Origin: Candidatus Pacearchaeota archaeon
GTDB lineage: Archaea; Nanobdellota; Nanobdellia; Pacearchaeales; GW2011-AR1
Direction: 5' to 3'
DNA: 64,000 nt
Assembly: GCA_016181895.1 (NCBI GenBank)
Contig: JACOYL010000008.1
Span: 8,192-72,191 of the forward strand
Below are positions 28,277 to 37,811 of this stretch, one piece after another (position 1 is the first letter of the stretch; every line of letters starts with the position of its first letter). The notes under the pieces are model-generated. The model was not told where the DNA came from. It saw nothing but the letters and a program-made list of their open reading frames with translations, and did not search any database. Both the position numbers and the translations under genes were made by a program.

Positions 28277-29236
28277 TTAAAATTCGGTTGGGAATTTGTA
28301 TGCTCTTTCAAGGGACGTGTCATGTATCATTATTGATAGTCCATCACGATTAAGTCTATCCACAGTTTCTCTAACATCTAATTTCTCACCAGTTATTTTT
28401 TCATAACCCCACATCAATCCAACCAAACTTTCATCTAGCAAAGGGATATCTTGAGGACTCTCTGGTCTGTATCCTACAAGGTCAGCTTGTGACAATTGTG
28501 ACAATTTTCCTTGATTATGAATTAACTCCTTAACATTTTCAAATGGAACAAAAACAAATTCTTTCCCTTTCAACAACTTCAAATCTTTTTGTTCTGCATT
28601 TATTTTTCCAGTGGTTGAGAAATACATCTCAAGTGTTCTCCATCCTGCCCCTAAAAAATCTTGAGCCAAATCATAATTGACCTGTTCTGGAGACAATCCG
28701 AAAGTTTCAGCAATTTCATTTTTTCGTGAATTTAGTTGAGTTTCTAAACTAAATAGTCTTGGGTCATGAGCATATTCCTCATCTTCAGGATTACTTTCCT
28801 CTGAAAGAAAATTTCTGGAAGCCATGTAACCGCATGGTTCATGAATTAATGTATTAGGATAATGAACATTTGGCGGCCTCCTTTGAAAAATAATTTTTGC
28901 GTCTTTCGTTGTGGTTAAAAATCCTACCGACAAAGAGTTGATGCATCGTTGTTTGGGGGCAAAATCCTTTCCTTCTTCAATTGAAGTAATCACGCCATTT
29001 ATAACATGGTATCTCATTGCCCCAGCATCTACTTTAACACTATCATCAGAAAAAGAAACTTTATCAGCAAAAGCCACCCATGAACTTTTCCAACCTTCTT
29101 GCGCCCTAGGAACCCATAGTTCACTACAATAATCAGAAAGCTCTCGGTTTAAAGTGACTCTTGCTTTATTATCAGTCATTATTAAATTTCTTCCACTAAA
29201 CGGATAAACATCAATCCATCTGCCTTGTCTTGTCAT
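28277..29236 (-). CDS. Hypothetical protein, possibly divergent Nudix (NUDT22-like)
   Basis: LSVG..TTKD..IIFQRR..V.YP....PCG pattern; no canonical Nudix box. Confidence 0.5.
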   Translation of the reverse strand: MTRQGRWIDVYPFSGRNLIMTDNKARVTLNRELSDYCSELWVPRAQEGWKSSWVAFADKVSFSDDSVKVDAGAMRYHVINGVITSIEEGKDFAPKQRCINSLSVGFLTTTKDAKIIFQRRPPNVHYPNTLIHEPCGYMASRNFLSEESNPEDEEYAHDPRLFSLETQLNSRKNEIAETFGLSPEQVNYDLAQDFLGAGWRTLEMYFSTTGKINAEQKDLKLLKGKEFVFVPFENVKELIHNQGKLSQLSQADLVGYRPESPQDIPLLDESLVGLMWGYEKITGEKLDVRETVDRLNRDGLSIMIHDTSLERAYKFPTEF

Positions 29237-29300
29237 TTTACATACTAAAGTAGCATGTTTTTAAGATTTTTGGTATAAAACTCTTTCTTTTTTCCCTACG

Positions 29301-30401
29301 TTAAGCTCTACTTACATAAAATTCTTTTATCTTCTCACAAATATATTTTACGTTTTCCTTTGTTACTTTAGGATTAATGGGAAGATACAAGTATCGAGGT
29401 TCTATCCAATCCATATTTGGCATATTAAGTCTTTTTCCACCGAATATACTGAAGATATCATTTCTCAAATGAACCATGTTTGTTTCAATATTATTAATTT
29501 TTAGGAATTCGGCCAGCTCATCTCTTTCCTCTACTAAGATTCCAAATAACCAATATGATCCCCCCACTATGGTTAAAACTTTATGTAGTGGCTCAAGATT
29601 TTTTAAGTATTCTTCCGCCAACTCTCTTCTATATTCTATAACTTCATCTAAATTTGGAAGAGCCGCTAAACCAAAGCACGCATCAATATCGGTCGGCTGG
29701 TATTTATGGCCTGCCTCCTCAATATCAAAAGTCATTTCTCTTCTCTCCCAAGCCTGATAATTCTTTCTAGCTTTCAATTCTCTATCTATACCGAACCATC
29801 TTAAACGTTTTGCCCGATTATATTCCTCTTCATTTTTCAAACACAACATTCCCCCATCGCAAGTGGTGATATGTTTAATGGCCTGAAAAGAATAACAAAT
29901 ATAATCTCCTTCTAACTTTGTCGGCTCATGATGCTGGGCAGCATCGACGATTATCAAAATGTTATTTTTTTTTGCTACTTCAAATATCTTTCTGTTTACA
30001 TGGATACCTCCAAGATGAACAGCAACCACAGCTTTAGTCTTAGGGGTAATTTTTTTTTCAAAGTCTTCTGGGTCTAGATTAAAAGTCTCTCTCTCTATGT
30101 CCGCAAAAACAATCTTCACCCCCCTTCTCATTAGCCCTGTTTGTCCGGCAGTGCAATTCAAAATTGGAACAATAACTTCATCTCCTTCTTTTAATCCAAT
30201 CAGATGATAAGCCAACTCAAGAGCCGAAGTTCCAGAATTAACAAAGAGATTATATTGGTATCCAAATTTTTTTCCAAATTCTTTTTCAAATTTATCCACC
30301 TTTGGACCTTGACCTAACCAACGACTATTAAGAGTGTCTTTAATTTCCTCAAGTATTCCTTCATTTGGTATGTACGGCCAAAAAATAGGTATTATTTCCA
30401 T
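29301..30401 (-). CDS. DegT/DnrJ/EryC1/StrS aminotransferase
   Basis: NSGTSALELA, DAAQ, SFQAIKHITTCDGG. Confidence 0.92.
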   Translation of the reverse strand: MEIIPIFWPYIPNEGILEEIKDTLNSRWLGQGPKVDKFEKEFGKKFGYQYNLFVNSGTSALELAYHLIGLKEGDEVIVPILNCTAGQTGLMRRGVKIVFADIERETFNLDPEDFEKKITPKTKAVVAVHLGGIHVNRKIFEVAKKNNILIIVDAAQHHEPTKLEGDYICYSFQAIKHITTCDGGMLCLKNEEEYNRAKRLRWFGIDRELKARKNYQAWERREMTFDIEEAGHKYQPTDIDACFGLAALPNLDEVIEYRRELAEEYLKNLEPLHKVLTIVGGSYWLFGILVEERDELAEFLKINNIETNMVHLRNDIFSIFGGKRLNMPNMDWIEPRYLYLPINPKVTKENVKYICEKIKEFYVSRA

Positions 30402-30587
30402 ATTAATAATTAATTTGATTGTGAGACTTATCTTGGAAATCAAAAATGGAAATCTCCTCCCCTAATTTTTTTATCTTAAGAAATTTTAAAGACATTTCGA
30501 TAGCAATAAAAAATGATATTTAAACTTTATGAATAAAAACAACATTAAATAAATTAAGTTTTAGAACAGGCTAAAAATTTAATGGAT

Positions 30588-31445
30588 TTAAATAATTTTC
30601 TTCTTTTGCTCTTCAAGAACTTCTGTATTTCTTTTGCTTTCCTTATCAAAGAAAAAACCTTCCCAAAAACCAAAGACGTTGATTACATGATTTATTGCCC
30701 CCACAGTTATTAAATAAAGTGGAAGCCATTTTAAGTGTGTTTCTATTGGATACCTATAAAGAATTGATGCAAACCCAAAAAATGGCAGTGCCCTAATTAC
30801 TCTTTGCCAAAAAGCACCATTCTCCAATCCATATTTCTTAATCACTTTCCCATTACTTTTTGAATAATCATACAAAGTGGTAACTATTTTTCTGAAGTCA
30901 GGATATTTATGTAGATGATAAACATTAGTATTAGAACGAACTATTTTTCCCATTCTTCTTAAATTTAGGTAAAGGTCCATTTCTATAGCTATCACTTTCG
31001 GATCTTCATTAAACAATCCGGCTTTTTCCAAATCTTTTTTTCTAAATGCACAGCTCCTTGCATCCAAATCTGGTTTTCTTATTCTCCTGTCTGGAATCGT
31101 CAAAAGCCTTACTAAAAATGGATATTTTCCCCAATACCATTCCGGAAGAAGTAAATCAGAAACAACAGCAATAACTTTTTTATCTTTTAATAATGGTTTG
31201 GTAAGTTTTTCTAGCCATTTCTCGTCAGAAGGTAAACAATCCTGTGAAAGTGTAACAATAATTTCACCTTTTGCTTTTCTGATTCCGATGTTTGTTGACT
31301 TTGCTTCAGGCATATTCCAATTTTCAATCACTTCTGCTTTTATAGTCTGTTTCTTTATCATTTCCTTAATTTTTTTAAAAACTTCTTCTTCTGGTTTATA
31401 AACGGGAATGATAATGCTCACAATAGGGTACTTTGATTTTGACAT
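30588..31445 (-). CDS. GT2 glycosyltransferase (rhamnosyltransferase-like)
   Basis: VSIIIPVY, NIGIRKAKGEIIVTLSQD, WLEKL. Confidence 0.85.
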   Translation of the reverse strand: MSKSKYPIVSIIIPVYKPEEEVFKKIKEMIKKQTIKAEVIENWNMPEAKSTNIGIRKAKGEIIVTLSQDCLPSDEKWLEKLTKPLLKDKKVIAVVSDLLLPEWYWGKYPFLVRLLTIPDRRIRKPDLDARSCAFRKKDLEKAGLFNEDPKVIAIEMDLYLNLRRMGKIVRSNTNVYHLHKYPDFRKIVTTLYDYSKSNGKVIKKYGLENGAFWQRVIRALPFFGFASILYRYPIETHLKWLPLYLITVGAINHVINVFGFWEGFFFDKESKRNTEVLEEQKKKII

Positions 31446-31556
31446 TGATGTAAAATCTAATCATAAATTTATAAAGATTCTGTAAAAAAAGATTTATAAT
31501 TTTATACTGAAAAAAGAATACATAAGCTTTTAAAAGGTTGGGATAAAAGATAATCT

Positions 31557-31673
31557 ATGGAAAAAAAAGAGGATACAAAAGAAAGGGGTTTTTTTGAAGA
31601 GGATGAAGAAATTTTAAGTGAGGGGGATGAAGAAAAATTAAAGGAAAAATTAAGATATTATGGGTATATATAA
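31557..31673 (+). CDS. 38-aa micropeptide resembling the C-terminal tail of sulfatase/AlkP-family enzymes, not in ORF track
   Basis: MEKKEDTKERGFFEEDEEILSEGDEEKLKEKLRYYGYI; TTTTAAAA box upstream; stop 1 nt before next ATG. Confidence 0.7.
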   Translation: MEKKEDTKERGFFEEDEEILSEGDEEKLKEKLRYYGYI

Positions 31674-31674
31674 T

Positions 31675-32934
31675 ATGAAGCCAAACATTGTAATGGTAAT
31701 TGTTGATGGTTTGAGACCGAAAGATCTTAGTTTATACGGATATTCTTATGAAACAGATAAAAACATAAAAAAAATTGCTTCTGAATCAATAGTATTCAGG
31801 AAAAATTTTTCTGCGGCGAACGCGTCGGATGTTTCATTAACCGCTGTTTTTTCCGGACAATACCCAAAAACAAACGGTTTTATTCATCAAACCCCAAATA
31901 CCGGAAAGGAAGAAATAGAAAAATTGAGCAGAAATAAATTTTGGCTTCCATTACACCTTCAAAATATGGGTTACAATACTATTTCTTTAACTCCACAATA
32001 CATGTGGTTTAAAAAAGGATTTGATTATTATATAAACAAAGAAATTAGGGGAAGTGGAAAATACCTAAATATTCCTTTGATAAAAAGCGTATTATTAAAA
32101 CTTCCTAATTGGGTGTATAAACTTGGGAAAAAAATAGTTAAAGTAAGAGCATCACCCCCATTTTTTTTTAGTAGGGATATTATTGATTCGGCCATTCTAA
32201 AAATAGATAAAATTGAAAAACCTTTTTTCTTGTTTATGCATTTTGTAGATACTCATTGTCCTTATGCGGGAGTCAAACCAAAAAAAATAAATGGAAAAAA
32301 TACTATCCAAAAAATTTTACTTGGAATTGAATATAGTCAACAAAAAGAATATATAAAAAAAAGATTCTATGATTCTTCAACAAATAATCTTGAACAAATT
32401 AAGCAAAAATTGGATGACTCCATAATATATACTGACAAACAAATAGGGAGGTTATATAATTTTTTAAAAAAAAGAAGATTGTGGAAAAATACAATTTTTT
32501 TAATACTCTCTGACCATGGAGATAATTTTGGTGAACACAAAATATATTTTTGTCGTGGTGGGCTTTATGATTCTTCAATACACACACCATTAATAATGTA
32601 TTTACCCGGGATAAAGCATAAAATAATTTCAGAAATTACATCTAGTGTAGACATTGCTCCAACAATTTTAGAATTTTTGAAAGAAGAGGAAATTAAAGTA
32701 GATGGTAAGTCTTTATTACCTTTAATAAAAAAAGGGGAGAAAATCAGAAATAAAGTTGTTGTAGTAGATGGTTTTTTTAAAAATAGAACTGCTGTAAGAA
32801 CTGAAACAAAAAAGATAATAATCTCAGACGGAGAAAAATGTTACCTTTGTGGAGCTCAGCATGGCATGGGAAGAGAAGAATATGATTTGGAAAAAGACCC
32901 AGAGGAATTAAGGAATTTATATTTTAAGGAATAA
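31675..32934 (+). CDS. Sulfatase-like AlkP-superfamily enzyme without the CxPxR motif
   Basis: KPNIVMVIVDGLR, SDVSL at nucleophile site, HFVDTHCPY, SDHG, DIAPT, YDLEKDPEE. Confidence 0.88.
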   Translation: MKPNIVMVIVDGLRPKDLSLYGYSYETDKNIKKIASESIVFRKNFSAANASDVSLTAVFSGQYPKTNGFIHQTPNTGKEEIEKLSRNKFWLPLHLQNMGYNTISLTPQYMWFKKGFDYYINKEIRGSGKYLNIPLIKSVLLKLPNWVYKLGKKIVKVRASPPFFFSRDIIDSAILKIDKIEKPFFLFMHFVDTHCPYAGVKPKKINGKNTIQKILLGIEYSQQKEYIKKRFYDSSTNNLEQIKQKLDDSIIYTDKQIGRLYNFLKKRRLWKNTIFLILSDHGDNFGEHKIYFCRGGLYDSSIHTPLIMYLPGIKHKIISEITSSVDIAPTILEFLKEEEIKVDGKSLLPLIKKGEKIRNKVVVVDGFFKNRTAVRTETKKIIISDGEKCYLCGAQHGMGREEYDLEKDPEELRNLYFKE

Positions 32935-32967
32935 TCATCAATAAATAATACTACTTTAATATTGAAA

Positions 32968-34761
32968 ATGAAGGTAATAATACTTGCTGCTGGAATTGGA
33001 AACAGATTAGCTGAAATTAATAAAATAATTCCAAAATGCTTAATTGAAATAGGAGAAAAAACTCTTTTAGAGAGACAATTAGGACTACTTAATGAATGTG
33101 GAATCAAAGAGGAAGATGTTTATGTAGTAATAGGCGGAAATGGAGAAGTTTGGAATAATGAAAATAAGAATAAAATAAAAAAAATACATAAAAATATTAT
33201 AATAAATGAAAAAAATATAGAGTTAAGCAGCACATATTCTTTATGGTTAGGAGTCAAAGATATTAATGAGGATATTTTATGTTTAGATGGAGATCTCTTA
33301 TTTAATAAAGAGGCTATAAATAAGGTTATTGATAGCGAATATGATTCTGCGATATTAACAAAAAAGGGAGAGGGTTTTAAAAATGGCAACAGAGTTTTAG
33401 TAAAAAAAGATAGGGTTCTTGGAATAAGCCCGAATATCCTATCAGATAGAATACATTCAGGGGTAGTTAAATTTGGAAAAGAATTTCTTAAAGCTTTTAA
33501 GAAAGAATGCATATCTGAAAAATACTTCAATACAACTTTGAATGCGCCAATCCACAATCTGTGTATAGATAATTTTATTTATAACATTAATTTAGACGAT
33601 AATAATGATGAGGATTTGATTTTTTTAAATGGTGGATCTCATGCAATAACCAAAGAAATAATATCTTTTAATGATAAAAATTTAAAGGGAGATAATTTTG
33701 AAAAAATTATAAGAAAAGAAGCAATTGAAGGTAAGGAAAAACTTATTAATGAAGTGCAATGGATACTAAATCTTCCTGAAGATATTAAAAAACATTTTCC
33801 TAAAATAATAAAATATGATTTTAAAACAGATCCGGTTTATGTTGAAATGGAGAAGTATCCAATGAAAACATTAAGGAGATTATTAATGAAAGGAGAAATT
33901 ACATCAAACGAAGCGCTTGAAATATTAGAAAATGTTTTTGATTTTATGTTCAATAAAGTATACCCTAAAAGCATAAAACCAACACCCAAGGAATTGATTA
34001 ATAATATTTATTTTAGGCGAATTAATGACAGACTAGAAGAAGTAAAAAGAAAAGCCGCGATATTTAATGATATAATTGATGGAGAAGAAATCATAATAAA
34101 TGGGAAAAAATTTCCAAATATTAAAAAAACTTTTGACGAATTAAAGGAAAATAGGGAACTAATTAAAATATTAAGTCTACCAACCGTGGGTTTGATTCAT
34201 GGTGATCTTCATTTTGACAATATTCTTGTTGATAAAAAAGATTTTTCAAAATTTGTTTTAATTGACCCTAGAGGCAAGATGTATGGTAGTGATGTTGAAG
34301 GGGATTATGCTTACGATTTAGGAAAAATATGGCATTCTTTAAACGGCCTTTATGATTTTCTACATGATGGAAAATTTGATTTAGAGATAAAAATTAAAAA
34401 TAAAACTATTTACGCTAATTTTAGTATATTTGAAGATGATTCATTAAAAGAGTACAAAAAAATATTTTCTAATATTCAAAGCCTACTTTACAGGTATGAT
34501 ATGATAAAAAAAGATCCCTACTGGATTACTAGAACAAAATTTAATGAGGTGGTTCATTTTTGCAGTATGATCCCTTTTCATATTAAGGGAGACGGCAAAG
34601 AAAATCTTGCATTGGCTCTTTATTTAAGGGGGGTAATGTTACTAAACAATTTCTTGAGTGAATTAGAATTCCATCCTATAAAACCAGAAATGATTAATAT
34701 GAATACGCCCCAAGATTATTTTGAAGCAAAAAGAATTTTTGAGGAAAAGAACAGAACATAA
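32968..34761 (+). CDS. LicC/IPCT-like nucleotidyltransferase with an inserted APH/choline-kinase-like domain
   Basis: LAAGIGNRL, PKCL, LDGDL; IHGDLHFDNIL, LIDPRG, YDLGK; terminal INMNTPQDYFEA. Confidence 0.85.
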   Translation: MKVIILAAGIGNRLAEINKIIPKCLIEIGEKTLLERQLGLLNECGIKEEDVYVVIGGNGEVWNNENKNKIKKIHKNIIINEKNIELSSTYSLWLGVKDINEDILCLDGDLLFNKEAINKVIDSEYDSAILTKKGEGFKNGNRVLVKKDRVLGISPNILSDRIHSGVVKFGKEFLKAFKKECISEKYFNTTLNAPIHNLCIDNFIYNINLDDNNDEDLIFLNGGSHAITKEIISFNDKNLKGDNFEKIIRKEAIEGKEKLINEVQWILNLPEDIKKHFPKIIKYDFKTDPVYVEMEKYPMKTLRRLLMKGEITSNEALEILENVFDFMFNKVYPKSIKPTPKELINNIYFRRINDRLEEVKRKAAIFNDIIDGEEIIINGKKFPNIKKTFDELKENRELIKILSLPTVGLIHGDLHFDNILVDKKDFSKFVLIDPRGKMYGSDVEGDYAYDLGKIWHSLNGLYDFLHDGKFDLEIKIKNKTIYANFSIFEDDSLKEYKKIFSNIQSLLYRYDMIKKDPYWITRTKFNEVVHFCSMIPFHIKGDGKENLALALYLRGVMLLNNFLSELEFHPIKPEMINMNTPQDYFEAKRIFEEKNRT

Positions 34762-34821
34762 GATAAATTATATCAGGCATATTTTTAAATAGGGGTTATT
34801 TATTAATTTTAACAAAATAAA

Positions 34822-35169
34822 ATGAAAATAATAAGAAGAGAAGGAATAAAAGATAAAAATAGAGGGGGTTATCATGTTAAAGAACTTGGCACATTATTAT
34901 TACATGCTTGTGTAAATGACGGGATTTTATTTGAAACACAACTTCCAAAGGGTAATGACTTCAAAGAACAATGGCATGAACAATCTACTGAAATGGTGTA
35001 TTTTCTTGACAGAGGAATCGTAATAGTTAATGGAGACAAGTATGAACTGCAAAGAGGGGATATTCTTATATTGGAACCTAAAGAAAGACATAAAATAATT
35101 GCAGAATACAACAATGTTACAATGCTTGCTATAAGATTCCCAAATTTACCAGATGATAAATATACTTAA
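34822..35169 (+). CDS. Cupin-domain protein
   Basis: WHEQSTEMVYF...GDILILEPKERH. Confidence 0.85.
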   Translation: MKIIRREGIKDKNRGGYHVKELGTLLLHACVNDGILFETQLPKGNDFKEQWHEQSTEMVYFLDRGIVIVNGDKYELQRGDILILEPKERHKIIAEYNNVTMLAIRFPNLPDDKYT

Positions 35170-35171
35170 AA

Positions 35172-36023
35172 ATGGAGATATTAATAACAGGAATAGATGG
35201 ATTTCTTGGAAAAAAATTATTCGATATTCTTAAAAAGAAATATGATGTTTTTGGCATAAGCAGAAGAAATGCAGGAGAAAATATTTTTCTTGCAGATATA
35301 TCAGAAAAAAATAGTATTGAAAAAGTTATAGAAAGTGTTAACCCAGACGTGTTAGTGCATTCTGCAGCATTAGTTGATGTTGAAACATGTGAGATTGAAA
35401 AAACAATCGCATATAAAACTAATGCTGAAGCAATGAAGATAATTGCCCAAATTTGTCAAAAAAAAAGAATAAAACTAGTTTATTTTTCTAGTGATTATGT
35501 TTTTGATGGAAATCCCGAGGTGGTTTATGAAATTGACTCTCCAAGAAATCCGATAAACTATTATGGTATTACAAAAAAGGCAGGAGAAGATTTTATTTTC
35601 AGATTAGTACAAAATCATCTAATAGTAAGACCAACAATTTTATATGGATTTAACAACATTAAAGATAGAAAAAATTTTGTAAAAGAGATTATAAAAAAAT
35701 TGGAAAGAGGGAGTACTATAGAGTTGGATGACCAAAGAAAAAAGTATCCTTTATTAATTGATGATGTCGCCCATGGATTAGTCAGATTAATCAACACCGA
35801 TAGCCGGGGGGTGTTCCATATGTCTGGTCCGGATGAAGTCACAAAATTCCAATTTGGTAAAATTGTAGCTAAAGTTTTTAGTTTGGATGAGGAATTAATT
35901 GTCGGTAAGGATTTAAGAGAAACTAACAGACCTTACAAAATAAGATTTTCAGATGAAAGTATGATGGGAATGCATAAATTAATTGAAGGGCTAGAAATTG
36001 TAAGAAGCCAAATGAACCTATAA
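35172..36023 (+). CDS. RmlD-like NDP-4-keto-sugar reductase
   Basis: ITGIDGFLG, SSDYVFDG, YGITK. Confidence 0.85.
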   Translation: MEILITGIDGFLGKKLFDILKKKYDVFGISRRNAGENIFLADISEKNSIEKVIESVNPDVLVHSAALVDVETCEIEKTIAYKTNAEAMKIIAQICQKKRIKLVYFSSDYVFDGNPEVVYEIDSPRNPINYYGITKKAGEDFIFRLVQNHLIVRPTILYGFNNIKDRKNFVKEIIKKLERGSTIELDDQRKKYPLLIDDVAHGLVRLINTDSRGVFHMSGPDEVTKFQFGKIVAKVFSLDEELIVGKDLRETNRPYKIRFSDESMMGMHKLIEGLEIVRSQMNL

Positions 36024-36054
36024 AATTTATAAATGATGTTTAATGTTGTTTCTT

Positions 36055-36795
36055 ATGCTATTAAAAGAAAAAGTCGCTGTAATCAATGGGGTAGGAGACC
36101 GATTCGGGAAAGCCACAGCTTATCTTTTTGCAAGAGAAGGAGCTACAGTAGTCTTAATTTCCAGAAAATCTGATTTAATTAAAATAATAGCTGAGGATAT
36201 AATGAAACATGGTGGGAAAGCAGATTATTTAGTCATGGATACAACTAATCAAAAAGAAGTTGAAGTTGGAATGGAAAAAATATTTAAGAACTATGGAAAA
36301 ATAAATATACTTTTCAATAATGCCGGTGGTTTTTATAGTAAAAAACAGAAATTAGAAGAAATGGAGGAAAAATTTTGGAATGAAGTAATAAAAAATAATT
36401 TAAAAAGTGTTTTCTTTATGTCCAAAACTGCAATAAAATATATGAAAGATAGAGAAAGTAATTCCATAATAAATATTTCTGCAGCAGCAAAAACATTACT
36501 TGATGGAAATTCTGCTTATGCAACTGCAAAAGGGGGTTTAATCTCCCTTACAAAAAATCTCGCGCGGGAAGTGAGGAATGACAACATAAGAGTTAATTGT
36601 ATAAGGCCCGGTGTTATCAGAAATGATTATAACCAACAAAATTTGGATAACCCCAAAAAAAATGTCAAAAGGAAAGGTAATTCCGAAGATGTCGCCAATG
36701 CAGCGTTATTTTTTGCCTCAGATAATTCTTCATGGATTACAGGGCAGACATTAGTAGTTGACGGTGGAGAGGAATTATACCTGGAAATTGAATAA
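36055..36795 (+). CDS. Classical SDR oxidoreductase
   Basis: NNAG, YATAK, IRVNCIRPG, ITGQTLVVDGG. Confidence 0.9.
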   Translation: MLLKEKVAVINGVGDRFGKATAYLFAREGATVVLISRKSDLIKIIAEDIMKHGGKADYLVMDTTNQKEVEVGMEKIFKNYGKINILFNNAGGFYSKKQKLEEMEEKFWNEVIKNNLKSVFFMSKTAIKYMKDRESNSIINISAAAKTLLDGNSAYATAKGGLISLTKNLAREVRNDNIRVNCIRPGVIRNDYNQQNLDNPKKNVKRKGNSEDVANAALFFASDNSSWITGQTLVVDGGEELYLEIE

Positions 36796-36796
36796 C

Positions 36797-37411
36797 ATGG
36801 CAACTAAAAAAAATTTTGTAGTTATTATGATGGGGTATACTGGCAGTGGCAAAAGTACTATTGCTAAAATGTTAGCTGAAAAAATTGGGGCAGATGTATT
36901 TCACTCTGCCGTCATCAGAAGGGAACTGGGATACAAATTTACAAAGGAGGAAGCGGCAAACGATTTCTTTTTAATGACTTCTAAAAAAAGAGAACCAATG
37001 GACAAAGCAGTTTATAGTATTCTTTCTCAAAAGGCCAAAGATAGTTTAAGGAATAAAAAAGATGTAATTGTGGATGCGGGACATTTTTTTAAATGGCAAA
37101 GAAAAAATTTATATAGAGATTTAAGAAAATTTGCCCCAGATTTTTTTATATTGATGACAGAATGTTCTGAAAGCAATATTTTAGAGAGGTTGAAAGACAG
37201 AGAGAATAAATTTTTTGATTCAGAGTTTAATGAAACTCCTTCTGTTAAAGCATATTATTCCTCTAAAAAAGTAATTGAATTTCCAGATAATGATTTTTTT
37301 AATGGAATAGCTCCGATAATTATAAAGTATAACACCGAAACATGCACAGTAAATATTGAAAAAAAGATTAAAAATAAAAACCTCGTTAGAATTCTTAAGG
37401 TGTTAAAATGA
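36797..37411 (+). CDS. P-loop small-molecule kinase (AAA_33/gluconate-kinase-like)
   Basis: GYTGSGKST, VIVDA, ERLKDR lid motif. Confidence 0.82.
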   Translation: MATKKNFVVIMMGYTGSGKSTIAKMLAEKIGADVFHSAVIRRELGYKFTKEEAANDFFLMTSKKREPMDKAVYSILSQKAKDSLRNKKDVIVDAGHFFKWQRKNLYRDLRKFAPDFFILMTECSESNILERLKDRENKFFDSEFNETPSVKAYYSSKKVIEFPDNDFFNGIAPIIIKYNTETCTVNIEKKIKNKNLVRILKVLK

Positions 37412-37764
37412 AGCTAATTAGGTATGTAGAATCAAAAATGCAGACTAGACCTGATGGAAGAACCGTTAGAAAGATGATTAATAAAGAACTAGGAGTAAAT
37501 TTTTCAAATATCCAGTTTTTATATGTAGTTCATCCAGAAAGATTCATGGAAAAATTGCATTCTCATGAAAGGTCCTATGAAATACTATATTTTTTAGATA
37601 AAGCAAAATATAAAATAAATGGGAAGGATTATGATATTGATGAAAAAGACATGATTATTCTTGAACCAGGAGATATTCACGGAGCTATCTTTATAGAAAA
37701 TCAGGTTAGAATACTTGTTGTGCAAGTGCCAGCGATAACTGAGGATAAAAAAATTCATGAATAA
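37408..37764 (+). CDS. Cupin-domain protein (similar to 34822-35169)
   Basis: HSHERSYEILYF...DMIILEPGDIH. Confidence 0.85.
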   Translation: MKLIRYVESKMQTRPDGRTVRKMINKELGVNFSNIQFLYVVHPERFMEKLHSHERSYEILYFLDKAKYKINGKDYDIDEKDMIILEPGDIHGAIFIENQVRILVVQVPAITEDKKIHE

Positions 37765-37811
37765 TCTTATTGGATTAATAGAATTAGTATAAAGATTTTT
37801 ATTGTAAGAAT

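Noticed and set aside
31557-31673. RiPP precursor for the radical SAM enzymes
   Set aside because: No SPASM/RRE enzyme, exporter or adjacent protease; similarity to the sulfatase tail explains it better
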